Assembly: GCF_009914755.1 (NCBI RefSeq)
Contig: NC_060947.1
Strand: one strand, 5' to 3'
Source: the human T2T-CHM13v2.0 reference genome, Homo sapiens
Length of the DNA: 64,000 nucleotides
A model generated the notes under the pieces. The model saw only the letters and a program-made list of their open reading frames with translations, had not been told where the DNA came from and did not search any database. The translations under genes and the position numbers were made by a program. Positions 1 to 14,401 of the stretch are shown in pieces (the first letter of the stretch is position 1; each line of letters starts with the position of its first letter).

Positions 1-450
1 CATCCCCAAATCTGCTCAACAAGAGTATTAACAAGATCCCCATGGAATCTGTAGGCACATTAAAGTTTGAGAAGCGCAGCGTTAGGCCAGCATCAGCAAC
101 ACTTGGGACCTTGCTAAAAATGCATTATTTGTACCCGAAGCTCCAGGAATGTGGCCCAAGAATCTTTGTTTTAACAAGCCCTGCAGGTGATTCTAATGCA
201 TGCTCCTAGAGAGTTACTCTTTCTCGGGATTGACATCAGCAATACCGACCTGTTGCAATAAATCAGTCATTCTCAAGTCTGTCTGCATATGAGAATGCCC
301 TGGAAAGCTTGTAGATCCCAGGTTCCATTCCAATATAGTTGGTCTCAACTATATTCCAATCTGCAGGATGGGACCATGGCATTAGTGTGTTGTTCGTTTG
401 TGTTTGTTTGTTTTCCTGTGGGCTCCTCAGTGTTAAAAATCATTGCCATA
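1..450. mobile_element. Cluster of MER5A/MER5B-like hAT-Charlie DNA transposon fossils (2-3 fragments)
   Basis: MER5-like motifs: 'ttaacaagatcccc...cacattaaagtttgagaagc' and 'ggcccaagaatctttgttttaacaagccctgcaggtgattctaatgca'. Confidence 0.65.
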
Positions 451-729
451 GAATTAGAAGATCAGTATTTTACCACTCTCAAGGGATTTACTTTTTAGGA
501 GAAATTCGAATCTCCCCAAAATAGTGCCCAAAGGACTAATCTAAACACCTGAGTTACCTTCACTGACTATATAACTGCCACTTCTGCCCTTCAGCATGAC
601 ACTATGTCTCTTTCCTCATTGAAAAATACATAAAAGGGAAAATTGTAACCTCTCTATTCCCATTGGACTATTGTTGAGATGAACAAATGAGTGTGAGAGT
701 AGGCACTTGAGAATTCTCAAGTGCTATAC

Positions 730-752
730 AAAAAAAAAAAAAAAAAAAAAAA
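730..752 (+). repeat. Poly(A)23 tract at the end of a degraded MIR-like segment
   Basis: Run of 23 A seen directly. Confidence 0.9.
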
Positions 753-984
753 GCTCTTGGTCTATCTGAGGGTGGGATGCAGCTCTGCTCTGATGTGTAA
801 TTATGGATAAGTGGTCAGAAGTTCAGAAGTTCTCAGACATCACAGGGACTGCAGCTTTTTATTTGTTTGTGGTGTCAGCTGAAAAAGTGCTAATGAGATA
901 CACTGGGGACAGCCTATGGAAAATAATCTCATGAAATTTTTAGAAAAAGGGAGTATCTATGATGATAGTTCTGAAACTCCAAAG

Positions 985-1168
985 CTGTGCTCCTCAGACT
1001 TTAATGTACACATGAAACTCTTGGGGATCTTGTTAAACAATACTGAATCACAACAACAAATTGTGATTCAGTAAGTCTAGGGTGAGGGCTGACAGTCTGC
1101 CTTTCCAACAAGCTCCCAGGTGATGGCAACAATGCTGATTCGTAGACCACACTTTTGAGTAGCGAGGG
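985..1168. mobile_element. MER5A DNA transposon fossil
   Basis: 'ggggatcttgttaaa...gattcagtaagtctagggtgagggc...aacaagctcccaggtgatg...accacacttttgagtagc'. Confidence 0.8.
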
Positions 1169-2273
1169 GCTAAAAACATACACAATAATTAGGCCTGTTA
1201 TTTTGCAGATGCCAGTGTGATTAATGAATCCTGCCTATGATAACATTCACGAGTCTGCCCTGAACATTTTTCTGTTCTTTTAACCCTGATTGCCTTTGCC
1301 CTGTAGCTCACATATGATCTGTACCTCCTCTTTCTTGCTTACATATAATAGAGCATATTTTATATATACTCATATCCAGTTATAATTCTCTAACTATGAG
1401 CAATTGTTTTGTTGAGTTTTGTTGTCAGTGTTCATATCATAAATTGCCTCCCCCAACCTTCTTTCATCTCTACAATTCCTTTCACTCTTCTTTTTGAACT
1501 GGCCTGTGAGTGTGCTGTTCTTGCCAGATTAAATGAATCAGTCAATGGGAATCTTATTCTTAAGTGTATTGGATCAGATATGTACAAGTGTTGCTCATGA
1601 GGAGAGAAAAGAAGATGGGCGTGCATGCTATTGATTAATGTAGTCACAGAAATGCACTGGTCAATATGATACAAGCTGTTTGCAACCGTAATAGTCCTGT
1701 GCTGAGGACTATTAAAAAACTGAATTGGTTACCACTATAACCACTACAGTTATGCTTTTATTTGGGTAAAAATAATCTAGCATGTTGTGGTTTAGCAACA
1801 GAATGCTGAAGAACACCCCGATGTGATGTTTGAAGGAGAAAATCCAATCTATTCAGCCTAATGGTTTGCTACAGTAGTTGAAAAAGGCATAAAAAATCCA
1901 ATCTCCTGGGTAGATGTAGCTCATTGAGTGGGGCATGGGCTGGATTTCCATACCCATCATTCCTTGGCTAGTTCTCTTCTGCAGGACGTGACCTTCACAT
2001 CTCATACTGAGTATTGTGTAATCATCTTCTGGTATCTTTCTTCTCTTATGTCCCTTTACTCATTATTCTTTGTTCCCCTTTTCATCTTTAGTCTTCCTAA
2101 GGGCTTCTCAGTTTTTTTCACAGGGGTATATAGATCAGAACCAAGTCCTTTCCTAAGCCTGTGTCTTTATTTCACAATTCAACAAGGAAGGACACTACAG
2201 ATCACATAGCTCACCTCCATACATCAGAGTATAGGCCTTACTGATACATGCACACATAGAAACAACAGAAGCT

Positions 2274-2621
<348 letters not shown>

Positions 2622-2692
2622 CTATAGTTAATAATAATGTGTTGTGTATTGGAAAATTGACAAGACAGATCTTAAATGTTCTCACCACAAAC

Positions 2693-2864
2693 ATAACTAT
2701 GAGAGGTGGTGCATATGTAACTATGAGAGGTGGTGCATATATAACTATGAGAGGTGGTGCACATATAACTATGAGAGGTGGTGCATATATAACTGTGAGA
2801 GGTGGTGCATATATAACTATGAGAGGTGGTGCACATATAACTATGAGAGGTGGTGCATATATAA
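2693..2864. repeat. Minisatellite, 7 x 24 bp (ATAACTATGAGAGGTGGTGCATAT)
   Basis: Units start at 2693, 2717, 2741, 2765, 2789, 2813 and 2837; at most 1 substitution per unit. Confidence 0.97.
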
Positions 2865-2900
2865 TTGGCTTGATTGTGGTCATTATTTCACAATGCATAC

Positions 2901-3377
2901 TGTTAACAAAAGATCATGAAATTTGCAGGGGCAAAAAGGAGAGCTTTACTTTCCTAAAGAAATTTGTAGGTGGGGGAGACGCCCCTTTGGGACAGAGCAA
3001 AAGTGTGCTCCAAGGAGACACTGGAGAGTTAAAGATTATAATGGCAAAAACTGCAAGACTGGGGAGAGGGATCAGAGTCTTGATTAGATGACATTTAAGC
3101 CTAAAACCACAAATCTCTCTTTGTTTTCTGACTCTAGGTGGTCAGTGGTTGGTCACATGAGGATTTTCCAGCTGTAGTCTATTTTGAGATTGATAACAGG
3201 AACTGGTTTAGCTTGATTGCAGAAAGGGGAGTCTCGTGACATTTCTGCAACATTTTTTGAGAACACAGTGTATGTGACTACCTCCTCATCTTGCTGTGGC
3301 CTCCCAGTTCTGCTTTAACTTGAGCATTTCAGCCACAGGGGGTTTATTTTATCTATATGTTGGGGCATAATTTGACA
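2901..3377 (-). mobile_element. ERV1-class solo LTR (MER67/MER31-like; subfamily uncertain)
   Basis: TG...CA termini; 4-bp TSD ATAC at 2897-2900 and 3378-3381; splits an L1 3' end cleanly. Confidence 0.75.
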
Positions 3378-4184
3378 ATACATACCTCAAAACATTACAT
3401 TGTACACTGTACATATATACAATTTTTGTCCATTACATTTTGGTAAAGCTGGAGATAAGAAGAAAGGCAAGGGGGTAAAAGGAGAAACGGAATACAAGAC
3501 AAGTATTAATGAATATTCTACTACATGTAATGTTTGGTTAATTATAAGATGCTAAGCTAAACAAAAAATGATTTTAAAAATGTCATACACAAAAATTATT
3601 AAAAGTTTTATTAGATTTCCATTAATTCATCTTTAATGATTTTACAGAATGACAAATGTGATGTTTTCTTCATTTTAACCCAGTGTACAAGTAATACATT
3701 TTTTCTTCAAAGAGTAGTTTCTTATAAAAATGTATAGTTTTGTTTTAATTAGTAATCCACCGAATTACATCATTATAATGTTCTTTATAAGGGGATTTAT
3801 TTTCTATTATTTAAATTTCCTCTGATAAATTTTTATTGTGATATCTGCCACCAACATCTTATAGTTAAAATAGTATGCAAACTAATGGTCGTGCAGATAG
3901 TTACTAGTATAGGCTTAATACTATGCAATACAAGGAGATGCTTTCATTAGGCCAATGGTTTCTTATATAAAAATTACTTCTTTAAAGGTCTGTACAGCTA
4001 GCAGAATGGCATTTGAGGGGATTTAGGTCTCAGCCTAATTATTACCTTTTTAGAGCTAACTTCTGTGACCAACACAGTTAAAGAAGTTCAAAGATCACCT
4101 TATTTAATTTTCTACATAGGACTTACTAATCTCTGATACCATGTGGTGGTTTCATCCTTGTTTAACAGTTTTTCTGACTCTCAA

Positions 4185-4300
4185 TTTCAAGAGGGTAGGA
4201 CACTTCTCATTTTATTATTGTGTCTTTAATGTCTGTGACAATTCCAGGCAGCATGGTACATAGGAACTCTATAAAAATTATTGAATAAATGCATGAATAC
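4185..4300 (+). mobile_element. L2 3'-end fragment
   Basis: 'ggtacataggaactctataaaaattattgaataaatgcatgaat' resembles the L2 terminus. Confidence 0.55.
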
Positions 4301-4326
4301 ATGGTCAATATATTAAAATAAAATTA

Positions 4327-4661
<335 letters not shown>

Positions 4662-4948
4662 AAAAAGATAATTTGACAAAAATGGAAGTCGCTCACCAAA
4701 TACTTTGAATAATGTACCTACTGTGATTTTGTATTTCAAGCTACAAAATAGGAAAGACATTGTTCTTCCTTATTTTTGTTTCTTTTCTAACCTTTTTCTT
4801 TTATTATTCTATAATATATTGGCATTTCCTTTAGCAAAGGGAGTTGTTTGACCTTGCATCCTTCATACAAATAGCAAATATTTACACATACACACACTCA
4901 TCGCTATGTAAGTCCCTTGAAGTTCAAGTACACAGTTACTCATCTGAG

Positions 4949-4951
4949 GTA

Positions 4952-4984
<33 letters not shown>
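4949..4984. repeat. Compound (TG)n(TA)n microsatellite
   Basis: Seen directly. Confidence 0.9.
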
Positions 4985-6421
4985 TCTGAGTGTGTATTTT
5001 GCAGCTCTAGTTTTTTATAAATGTGTTTCTCACCACTCGTAGTCATTTGTATGCGCTTAATGTAATTGTCAGCAGTTATAAATAAATATGTGGTTGTTGT
5101 ATTTTCATCATTAGGTTGTAAATTCCTTGTGGGCAACAAGCATCATATAATGAAGAAATTAAAGAAATCAGAACCATTACATTGAAAACATGATGCTTTC
5201 AAATACACTTTTGAATGTTCACCTCAGTGTTCTAATTAAATTCTAATTTCGGTATACATATCTCCTTATCTGAATGCCTTTAGCAATTGGAAGTGACTGA
5301 GTATTCTGATTCATCCCATATTCAATGGAAGCATATCAAAATTGTCTGCCATTTAACTGTGCTATCACAAGCTATAAATAGGACACTACTCTCTGCCAAA
5401 GGTGAATTAATTGTGATAAAGCTATCTTGATAAAACTTATTCCTCACTTAAGTGAAACATGCAGTACCTGATTAATTTCTGCAACAGCTGTGTTAAAAGC
5501 TCTGCACTTAATATCAAACTTCTACTTCAGTATATGTCACCATTTTTACAGAAACAGAAAGTCCCTTGCATTTGATTAGCCTCAAATTATGGCTCATTGA
5601 TGAATGCAAATAATCAAACAAAAAAGGACTAATTGTATAGAACAAGTAAATATTATACATACAGTGCTCATTTGCCTACAATTACACAGGTAATGTCTCT
5701 ATTTAGTTTCTTAATTTCTCATTATGAGACAATTGCATCTCATCTAGCAGTATTTAATTGCATTGTTTCTATTGCTAGAATAATAGCATATTCCTTTTTT
5801 TAAGATGTTGAATGACAAATAAATTTAGATTGTAATCACTTATTGTTCCTTCTCTAAGCAAAATCGCCCAGGCGTTTCAGTTGCAATGAAAAGTTTTATT
5901 TTCTACTAATGATGGCCAAAATGGGAGCATTCTAGATAAGTCTGTATCCTGTCTATCACCTTCTTCTTCAGTTGTGGTCATAACCATGATCTTAATAAGT
6001 CTACTTGACTAATAACTTTACTATTTTCTAAAGGTGTCACTATAAAATCTTACAATATTTAACCTCACATACCAAACCCCTACAATAATCTTTGTTTCTA
6101 TTTGTAACTTTACGTGTCTGCATTGGTAAATGTCAGGTACATTTGGAATGACAAACATGCAGTTACACTGAGTCTAGTTTGTAGTTTCTTATCCTAATTC
6201 TCATTCTGACCTTAACATCAAATCCTCTACTATGAGACAGCAGTATTAAATAAAACTATCACCTAGCTTCTGAGTTATCTTGTAAGCATAAGTGAAATCT
6301 TATTCACAACCGTAAGTGAAGTCTTGTAACCGTAAGTGAAGTCTTATTTACATGTTTACATGTGTTTTTTATGCTTCGTGTATTTTCTAAATGATTCACT
6401 TGCTCTTAGCCTTTTGCAAAA

Positions 6422-6944
6422 AGTATAATTTTTTATTGCTGCCGTAATAAATACAACAAACAGTGGCTTAAACTACACAAATTTATTCTCCTATAGTTCC
6501 ATAGGTCAGAAACCTGGCACAGGTCTCACTTGGCTAAAATCAAGGTATCAGTAGGGCCTCATTTATTTCTGGAGGCTCTAGGAAAGAATCTATTTCTTTA
6601 TCTTTGTCAGCTTCCAGAAGTTTCTCACATTCCTTGGCTCACGGTCCCTTCTGCTATCTTTAAAGGCAGCAGTTATCAGTTGAGTCCTTCTTACGTGGCA
6701 TCACTCTGACTCTTCTTTCATTGTCCCTTTTCTCCCTAACTGCAGCTAGAAAAGATTATTCATCTTTAAAGACTCATGTGATCAGTTTGGGACCATCTGT
6801 ATAATTCAGGATAACCTCCCCACTTTAAAGTCTATAGCCTTAATCACATTTTCAAAGTCCCTTTGCCATGTACAAGGAAATATTCATATATTTTAGTGAT
6901 GAGGATGTGGGCATCTACAGGGGGCCATTATTCTGCCTACTACA
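6422..6944 (-). mobile_element. MaLR solo LTR (MLT1D-like)
   Basis: 'gtggcttaaactacacaaatttattctc...ggctaaaatcaaggt...ggggccattattctgcctactaca'. Confidence 0.8.
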
Positions 6945-7795
6945 TATGGTCTCTTATTATTTAGCATGTCTAGTGCAGTTGTGTGGGGATGCTGGACTTC
7001 TTAACATGTGACATTAGTTAGGCTTATGAAGTCAAGCATTATAGACATTGCCTGTTAATGTTGAAGCAAGCTTGAACAGAGCCACGCTTCATCTCTAGCC
7101 TTGGTTTGCTTGTTTTTCCTTTCATTTATTATTATTTTTCAGTGAAAATTGATAATAGAGCTGCCTTTTCTTTTTGCACTGGCATTATTGCATTGCACTA
7201 CTGAAGAAATCACTAAATCTGTTTATTTTACAGAAAAAGATTGAGGGTCCAGTTAAATTTGTGTTTATTCAGGACAATGAGCTCTGTTTTTCTCACTTGG
7301 GAATTCTCCCTCTTGAGACAGATTTCCCAGGTACGACCAAGAGTTAAGAGATCAAAGTTTTGTCTGGTGAGAACAGAACCCAAATCTCTAGGCAACTCTT
7401 GTTAACTAATTTTGGGGATACCACAGATACAGATTGGAGAACTTTTAGAAATTCATATCAAGTTTGATTTATTTAATATTCATATTTAATATGTTACATG
7501 AATGTATAATCCAATGTAAATACGATTTATTTATTATGGAATTGTTTAATACATGACATGCTTATAGTTATACCGTTAAGGAATATCTCTTATTTTGCAA
7601 CATTTTACTTTTTTCCTCTCCCAAGTGCTTTGTGAATTTCACTAAATAAATCAGGGTAAAATGCATGTAGTTTAGTCTAAAAATACTTAATAATCCACCC
7701 AGAGGGAAAATATATTTTAATGCTTGCTGCATAACCTTAATAAACAGAGAATACTAATGTGCACTTATAGGTTAAAGTAATATGTTTAAAAATCA

Positions 7796-8537
<742 letters not shown>

Positions 8538-9963
8538 AAGATGCTGGACATTTCCTTAGGTTTTAGATGGTTTCTTTTGAAATGTATATTGTTAGGTTTA
8601 ATCAGTCCTTTGTATATAGTTGCCTTTTGTGAGAAATACAGTACCAGGTAGCTTGATATACCATTAAAATTAAGCATATAGATTTACCTGCTGTCTCTAA
8701 TGCCGTTATGTGTGACAATTCCCATATGAGGTAAATTTAATGAGTTCGTTTCTTTTAATATCTAGACTAACTAATGCCTTCAGGAAAGTATGAAAGTATA
8801 TTGTGTCTCTTTAGTGAATTCCCTTTAGATAGGCTTAAGATAGCCATATGGCTCTAAACTTACTAAATGCAGAAAATTTAACTTAGCTTTACTTCTTTCA
8901 TTCTTAGGAAAACAGTCTTCATTTTGTTGATTAACTTCCATTTAAATGCTTATTTTATACTGTCTTTATTTGGACTATGCTTCATTAAGCCTCAATTTCC
9001 ATTTAATTTTGCTTGTGTCTTATTGTTCGAGTTCCTATGTCTCAGTTCACTAATGAAATGTTTTCTAACCTGTGAAAATTCAGAAGAGCACAAAGATCCA
9101 TATAAAAGTACATTTCCAGTTTCTAAAAGAAAAATTAAGGTCTACTGGGACTCTGGTACACTGCAAAACATAAACACTATTCTTACTCCAAATTATAGTC
9201 ATTGAGGTCTTTCAATTCCCAGCTCCCATATGTTAAATCTACCTATCTGATAATGATATTAGTTGCAAATGCTTTATTGCTTCCCTTTGTATCCTGTTTC
9301 AGTAGCTGTTCCTTGTAACCTTATCTTGACATTTTCAAATTCGGTTTGAAAATACAACTAGAGTTTACCATTATTTATGGAAGGTAAATGTTAACTGACA
9401 TTATATTTACATTTAGGATGAAATAGGTGAATGCTCAGGTACAAATAAAACTAAGTTTATTTATTTCTCTGCTTAATTCAAAAGGTGTATAGGTTCAGGT
9501 CATAGCATAGTTTAGGGCAAAGAAAGTAGAAATGAGAACACAGAACGCAGGAATTTGTCAGTTTTGTGCATCTATCTCGTAATCTAATCTCAGCTAATGG
9601 GACTTTACATTTAATCACCTTTCCAGACCAAGTCTCCAGACCCAGCTGAAGTTGCTGTTCATCCATGCTCAAATCTCTTTTGCTGACCTCCTAATCAAGA
9701 TTCTAGTGTGTTAGCGATAAGGTGTGGCAGGCAATAACCCAGTGATCACTATTGCTTGTTTCCCCCGACAGTTGTGCCCTGTTTACACACTTGAGTTTCT
9801 CTCCTTAGTTCTGATTTAGAGCCCTCGGCCAGGTTCTCGAAATCACTAGTGATCTTGAATTCAACCACATGGCTTGCATTCTAGCCCTTGTGCCCAAACA
9901 ACATGATCGAATCATTTCAATTGAAATACATACTATCGCTATTGCACTCAGTCTCCATCCCTA

Positions 9964-10028
9964 CTGTCTCTGTCTCTGTCCCTGTCTCTGTCTTCCTCTC
10001 TCTCTCTCTCTCTGTCTGTCTGTCTCTC
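9964..10028. repeat. (CTGTCT)/(CT)n low-complexity microsatellite
   Basis: Seen directly; produces the DRDRDR/LSLSL ORFs. Confidence 0.85.
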
Positions 10029-10382
10029 CCCTTGAACAACCTGGTCCTTAATTCCAGGCCTATTCTCTACAATAAGTTCAGACATTTTTCTGCAGTCCCT
10101 AAGTAGGCAAATCTGAAGACCTCCTAGAACATCCAGCAAGCTTTGCAGTTATATCATACTGCAGCTATGACCATGCATAACCTTTATTTGACTTTTATTT
10201 GAAACCATATTTTAATATACTGTATTTATTATAGAGAAGTTTCTTACATTCAATGTTTCTAAATTTACCTTTCACCTATATATGGTAGCTCCCTACATAT
10301 AGAATATTAAAATTTACTGAAGTAAAAATGTATTTTTTTCTCTTTTAAAGCCACCATAATTTGATACAATTAAATTATACGG

Positions 10383-10806
10383 TGATATAGTTTGCATATT
10401 TATCCCCATCCAAATCTCATGTTGAGTTGTAATCTCCAATGCTGGAGGTGGGACCTAATGGGAGGTGTTTGGATCGTGGAGACAGATCCCTCATGGCTTG
10501 GTGTTGTCTTTGCATCAGTGAATGAGATCTCACAAGATCCAGTCACTTAAAAGTGTATGGCATCTCCCTCCACACTCTTTCTTATTCCTTTTTTTTTTTT
10601 TTTTTTTTTGCCATGTGATGTACCTGCTCCCCCTTCACCTTCTGCCATGATTGTAAACTTCCAGAAGCCTCCCCAGAAGGTGAGCAGATGCCAGCACCAC
10701 GCTCCCTGTAAAGTCTGCAGAACCATGAGCCAATTAAATCCGTTTTCAGTATAAATTACCCAGTCTCCAGTATTTGTTTATTAAAATGCAAGAATGGCCT
10801 CATACC
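10383..10806 (+). mobile_element. MaLR solo LTR (MSTA-like)
   Basis: 'tgatatagtttgcat...caaatctcatgttgagttgtaatc...agccaattaaatcc...ataaattacccagtctc...aagaatggcctcatac'. Confidence 0.88.
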
Positions 10807-13800
10807 TGTGGTTTAACTGAGCACTTAATTCCTTTATTATTTTAGTGCAGATGTCTCCATTTTTTTCCTTTGTTCATGAAACTTTTATTGGGAAAATGCT
10901 AAATGAGAGTTTTACTACTATGACCACGGAGAGTAGGATGCACTTGTGCAAAGTCTGGGACCTCCAGAAGCTTGCAATTTAATCAGTGAAACAGACTGGA
11001 CATAAACAACTCTCTTAACTTCTCAGTGATTGGAAATGCAAACAGTATTCTATTTAAAAATGCCATCTGGCTTTCATAAGGTTTGGAAAATACTTACTAC
11101 TTTTAAACAGCAAATCCTCCAATATTTGAGGTTTGCAATGCTAAGCCCATAGGGCATGAGGCAACATAACCCTGATATGAGTAATTTTGATGAATTCTCC
11201 ATATTTAGAAGTAAATTGTGTATCTTGATAATAAATTTTATAATTTCATTATTGAGTTTCTTCATACATTTTGGAAAAACCCCACGGCCCTCTGATTTAT
11301 TTATAGCTGATTTGTCAGTTAGATGTAAAATTTCCTGCATGTTGATCACATAACTTGCTTTTCCTGTTTGATTTTTTTGTCCTCTATAATTTTTTTCAGC
11401 TCCTAGGTTTATAGATATTTTTAATGTAGCCCATATTATAATAATTCAACAATTTTCAACATCTTTAAACTATGATTTAAGTATATTTTGCTCATTAAGA
11501 ATTGCTACCTCCTAAATTTAATAAGAAGATTGAAAGAAGAATAGCTGTTGACAGTAATTAATAATATTCTTCCATGTAGGAGCTACATGGCAATTAATTA
11601 TTTTTCAGGAAATTCTTTTCACTTTTTTGTTAAGAATATTTCATTATATTATTTTTCAGCACTGTCAGTTTTCTAACATTCATGTAGCTGTTAATTTATT
11701 CATAACTTGAATTCATTTTCAGTGTCATTCATGCAGCTTTGGCTTTTTTTCAGCTTGCTTATATTATTTTGTATATGAAAAATGGATAACTTTTTGACTA
11801 ATTTCCTTCCACATTAAAACTGTGTAGCATTCTTTTCTGGTTCTGGAGAAAATATAATAATTTAAGGAGATACATTATGCCATTTATTTCAATATATTTT
11901 AAAACCAGTTTTATTTTCATGCTATCTAAACTGCTAACTGGTTCATCTTAAATTTGGTGATCCTCTATAGTTTAATAATTGTCAGAATAAAGTGTTTGAG
12001 TAATCAAGAATAGAGCTAACACCAATCCATTAGTTTATATGGTTTGTACTGATTAACATCATCCCATTCTGCCATGGGCCTTCTCACAAAAATCTTAATG
12101 AGAAAGAGAGACAGAGACACTAAAACAGTTTAGTGAGAAGTCACCAAAAAATTTCTTACTAGTTACTTGGCACGCAATAAGGTTGTCCTTGCCAATGACG
12201 CTAACCATGATGACATATTAATCAATCAAGAAATGGTCATTTATATCAATAAATATTCAGTTCTTCTATTATTTCTCCTTTGACAGTCGTGATTTTTCTG
12301 TCAGTCTACATCACCATTGCTTCCAGATGAGCCTCTTTTAGTCCCTCTCTATGGTATGCCCAAGTTCTATTCTTCCTCACTCTAGGTGGCTGCAAACAGT
12401 TCTTCCCCCTCTTGGCCATGTGTGAAGGAGGATGGAAATGTGATTTCTGTAAAGGCTCCTGCCATTTACTTTGCCTGTTACATTGTCTGGCATTTGCTTC
12501 ATTTCTATTTCATTTCTTTTCATTGCCCTCTTCATTGTCTCTTACTCTCCTTTCTTGTTTTTGCCTCTTAATCTTTATTGATTTTTTTCTTTATTTGATT
12601 CCTTACGCTTAGTCCTCTTCTTCTGTCATTCTTAATGAATTCATTCATTTTCTATTGTTTCAATTGTTTTCTTTTTTTTTGTTTTTTAAATTGTGGTTTT
12701 TTCTTTTTTAAAAAAAATTTTCTCTTTAGTTTTCATCATTTAAAAATTAGCACAGATAGAATATTCCTTAGATTAGGTGCACACAAATATTGAATATGTC
12801 ATTAAATAACCCGTTATTTTATATTATTTGTACTGATTAACACCATACCATTCTGTCCCATAAATTCAGAATAAACATATTGTTTTTTGTATGTTGTATG
12901 TCGTGTATGTATAAAGCCATCTTATAAGTTTCACTCTGCATATGCCTAGGTTACATATTTTGGCATTAAGAATATCATTAAAAGCCAACTGTTTTTGAGA
13001 AAACTTTTAATGTTGGGATGTAAAAAATAAACCTTATTGAATTCATCATAATTAAACAGATGAATAGCAGCAATAAATTCAGATCCTGAATAAGAATCAA
13101 ACCACAAAGGTTCTTTGTTGACTGAAACACAAAAATATGTGTGCATTAATTTTATTCTTTTGTAAAGTGTTACTCTAAATAAAATTACTGGAGATAATAT
13201 CTTGGGTCTCAACAATATCATGCTTTGCAAAGTATTTGTCACTGCTAATTGAATTTTGTGTGTGAATATAATGCATATCTATACAAATAGAACAGCCTCT
13301 AATTGAATCTGGGAGGATTTGAATATTGTTTGAGTGTTGGCCAGTCTACTGACAGATTTAATCAAGAAATGGATATTTATATAAAAGAATTGTGCTTAGG
13401 AGTAATAACCCATTTAGTCACAGATTCAGTGTTAACGGATTGAAAGGTTTGTGGTATACTCTGGCTCTATGAGTTTTAATGAGGCTTCGTTTCCTCACTT
13501 TTTTTTTCTTTTATTCAGGAAGTGTTAATGTAGCATGCATTTCAGCCTTATGATTTTGTCAAATATAATGTTTATGTTTTATTCATTTTGGATCCCCTCC
13601 TAGAACTGTTATTCACATATTTGCTACTACACACATATCAGATGAGATTCATTGCAGAACACACAACTTTAGGCTATATGTCAAATACGAATATAAAATA
13701 CAAATACATAGGTCAGTTCATTTGTCATTCACATTTAAAAGTGGAAGGTTTAATATAATCAATTCTCTAATCCCGGTACAACTGTTCCCCCAAATCTGTT

Positions 13801-14089
13801 GAACCCAGCCCTCTTTCTGTTTGCTTCCTCAAAGTAATGTAATGGATTTTAAAACCTATGGTAAATAAACCAGTAGAAATTGAACTTGTCTATTGAATTA
13901 TAATCTTTGCTGTTTATTTCCTTCTAAACAAGTTTTTATTGATATATAATATCTGTACATATTTTGGGGGCATATGTGATAATTTAATATATTCATATAA
14001 TTTGTAAAGATCAAATCAGTGTAATTGAGATACAGTCACCTTAAATATTTGATCTTTCTTTATGCTAGAAACATTAGAATTCTTCTTTT

Positions 14090-14401
14090 TTCTTTTTCTT
14101 TTTCTTTTTTTTTTGAGATGGAGTCTCACTCTCTTGCCCAGACCTGGAGTGCAGTGGCACGATCTTGGCTCACTGCAACCTCTGCCTCCTGGGTCCAAGC
14201 AATTCTCCCTGCCTCAGCCTCCTGAGTAGCTGGGATTACAGGTGCATGCCACCACACCTGGCTAATTTTTTTTGTATTTTTAGTAGAGACAGGGTTTCAC
14301 CATGTTGGCCAGGCTGGTCTCAAACACCTGATCTCAGGTGATCCTCCCATCTCGGCCTCCCAAAGTGTTGGGATTACAGGCGTGAGCCATCGTGCCCAGC
14401 C
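14090..14401 (-). mobile_element. Alu (AluSx-like) in the L1 3'UTR
   Basis: Alu dimer; TSD AGAATT[C/A]TTCTTTT. Confidence 0.95.

Noticed and set aside
2693-2864. CRISPR-like array, or repeat-protein ORFs (ITMRGGAY / YAPPLIVI / NYERWC repeats)
   Set aside because: Units are head-to-tail with no spacers, there are no cas genes, and the context is primate L1. The ORFs are open only because the 24-bp unit lacks stops in those frames.
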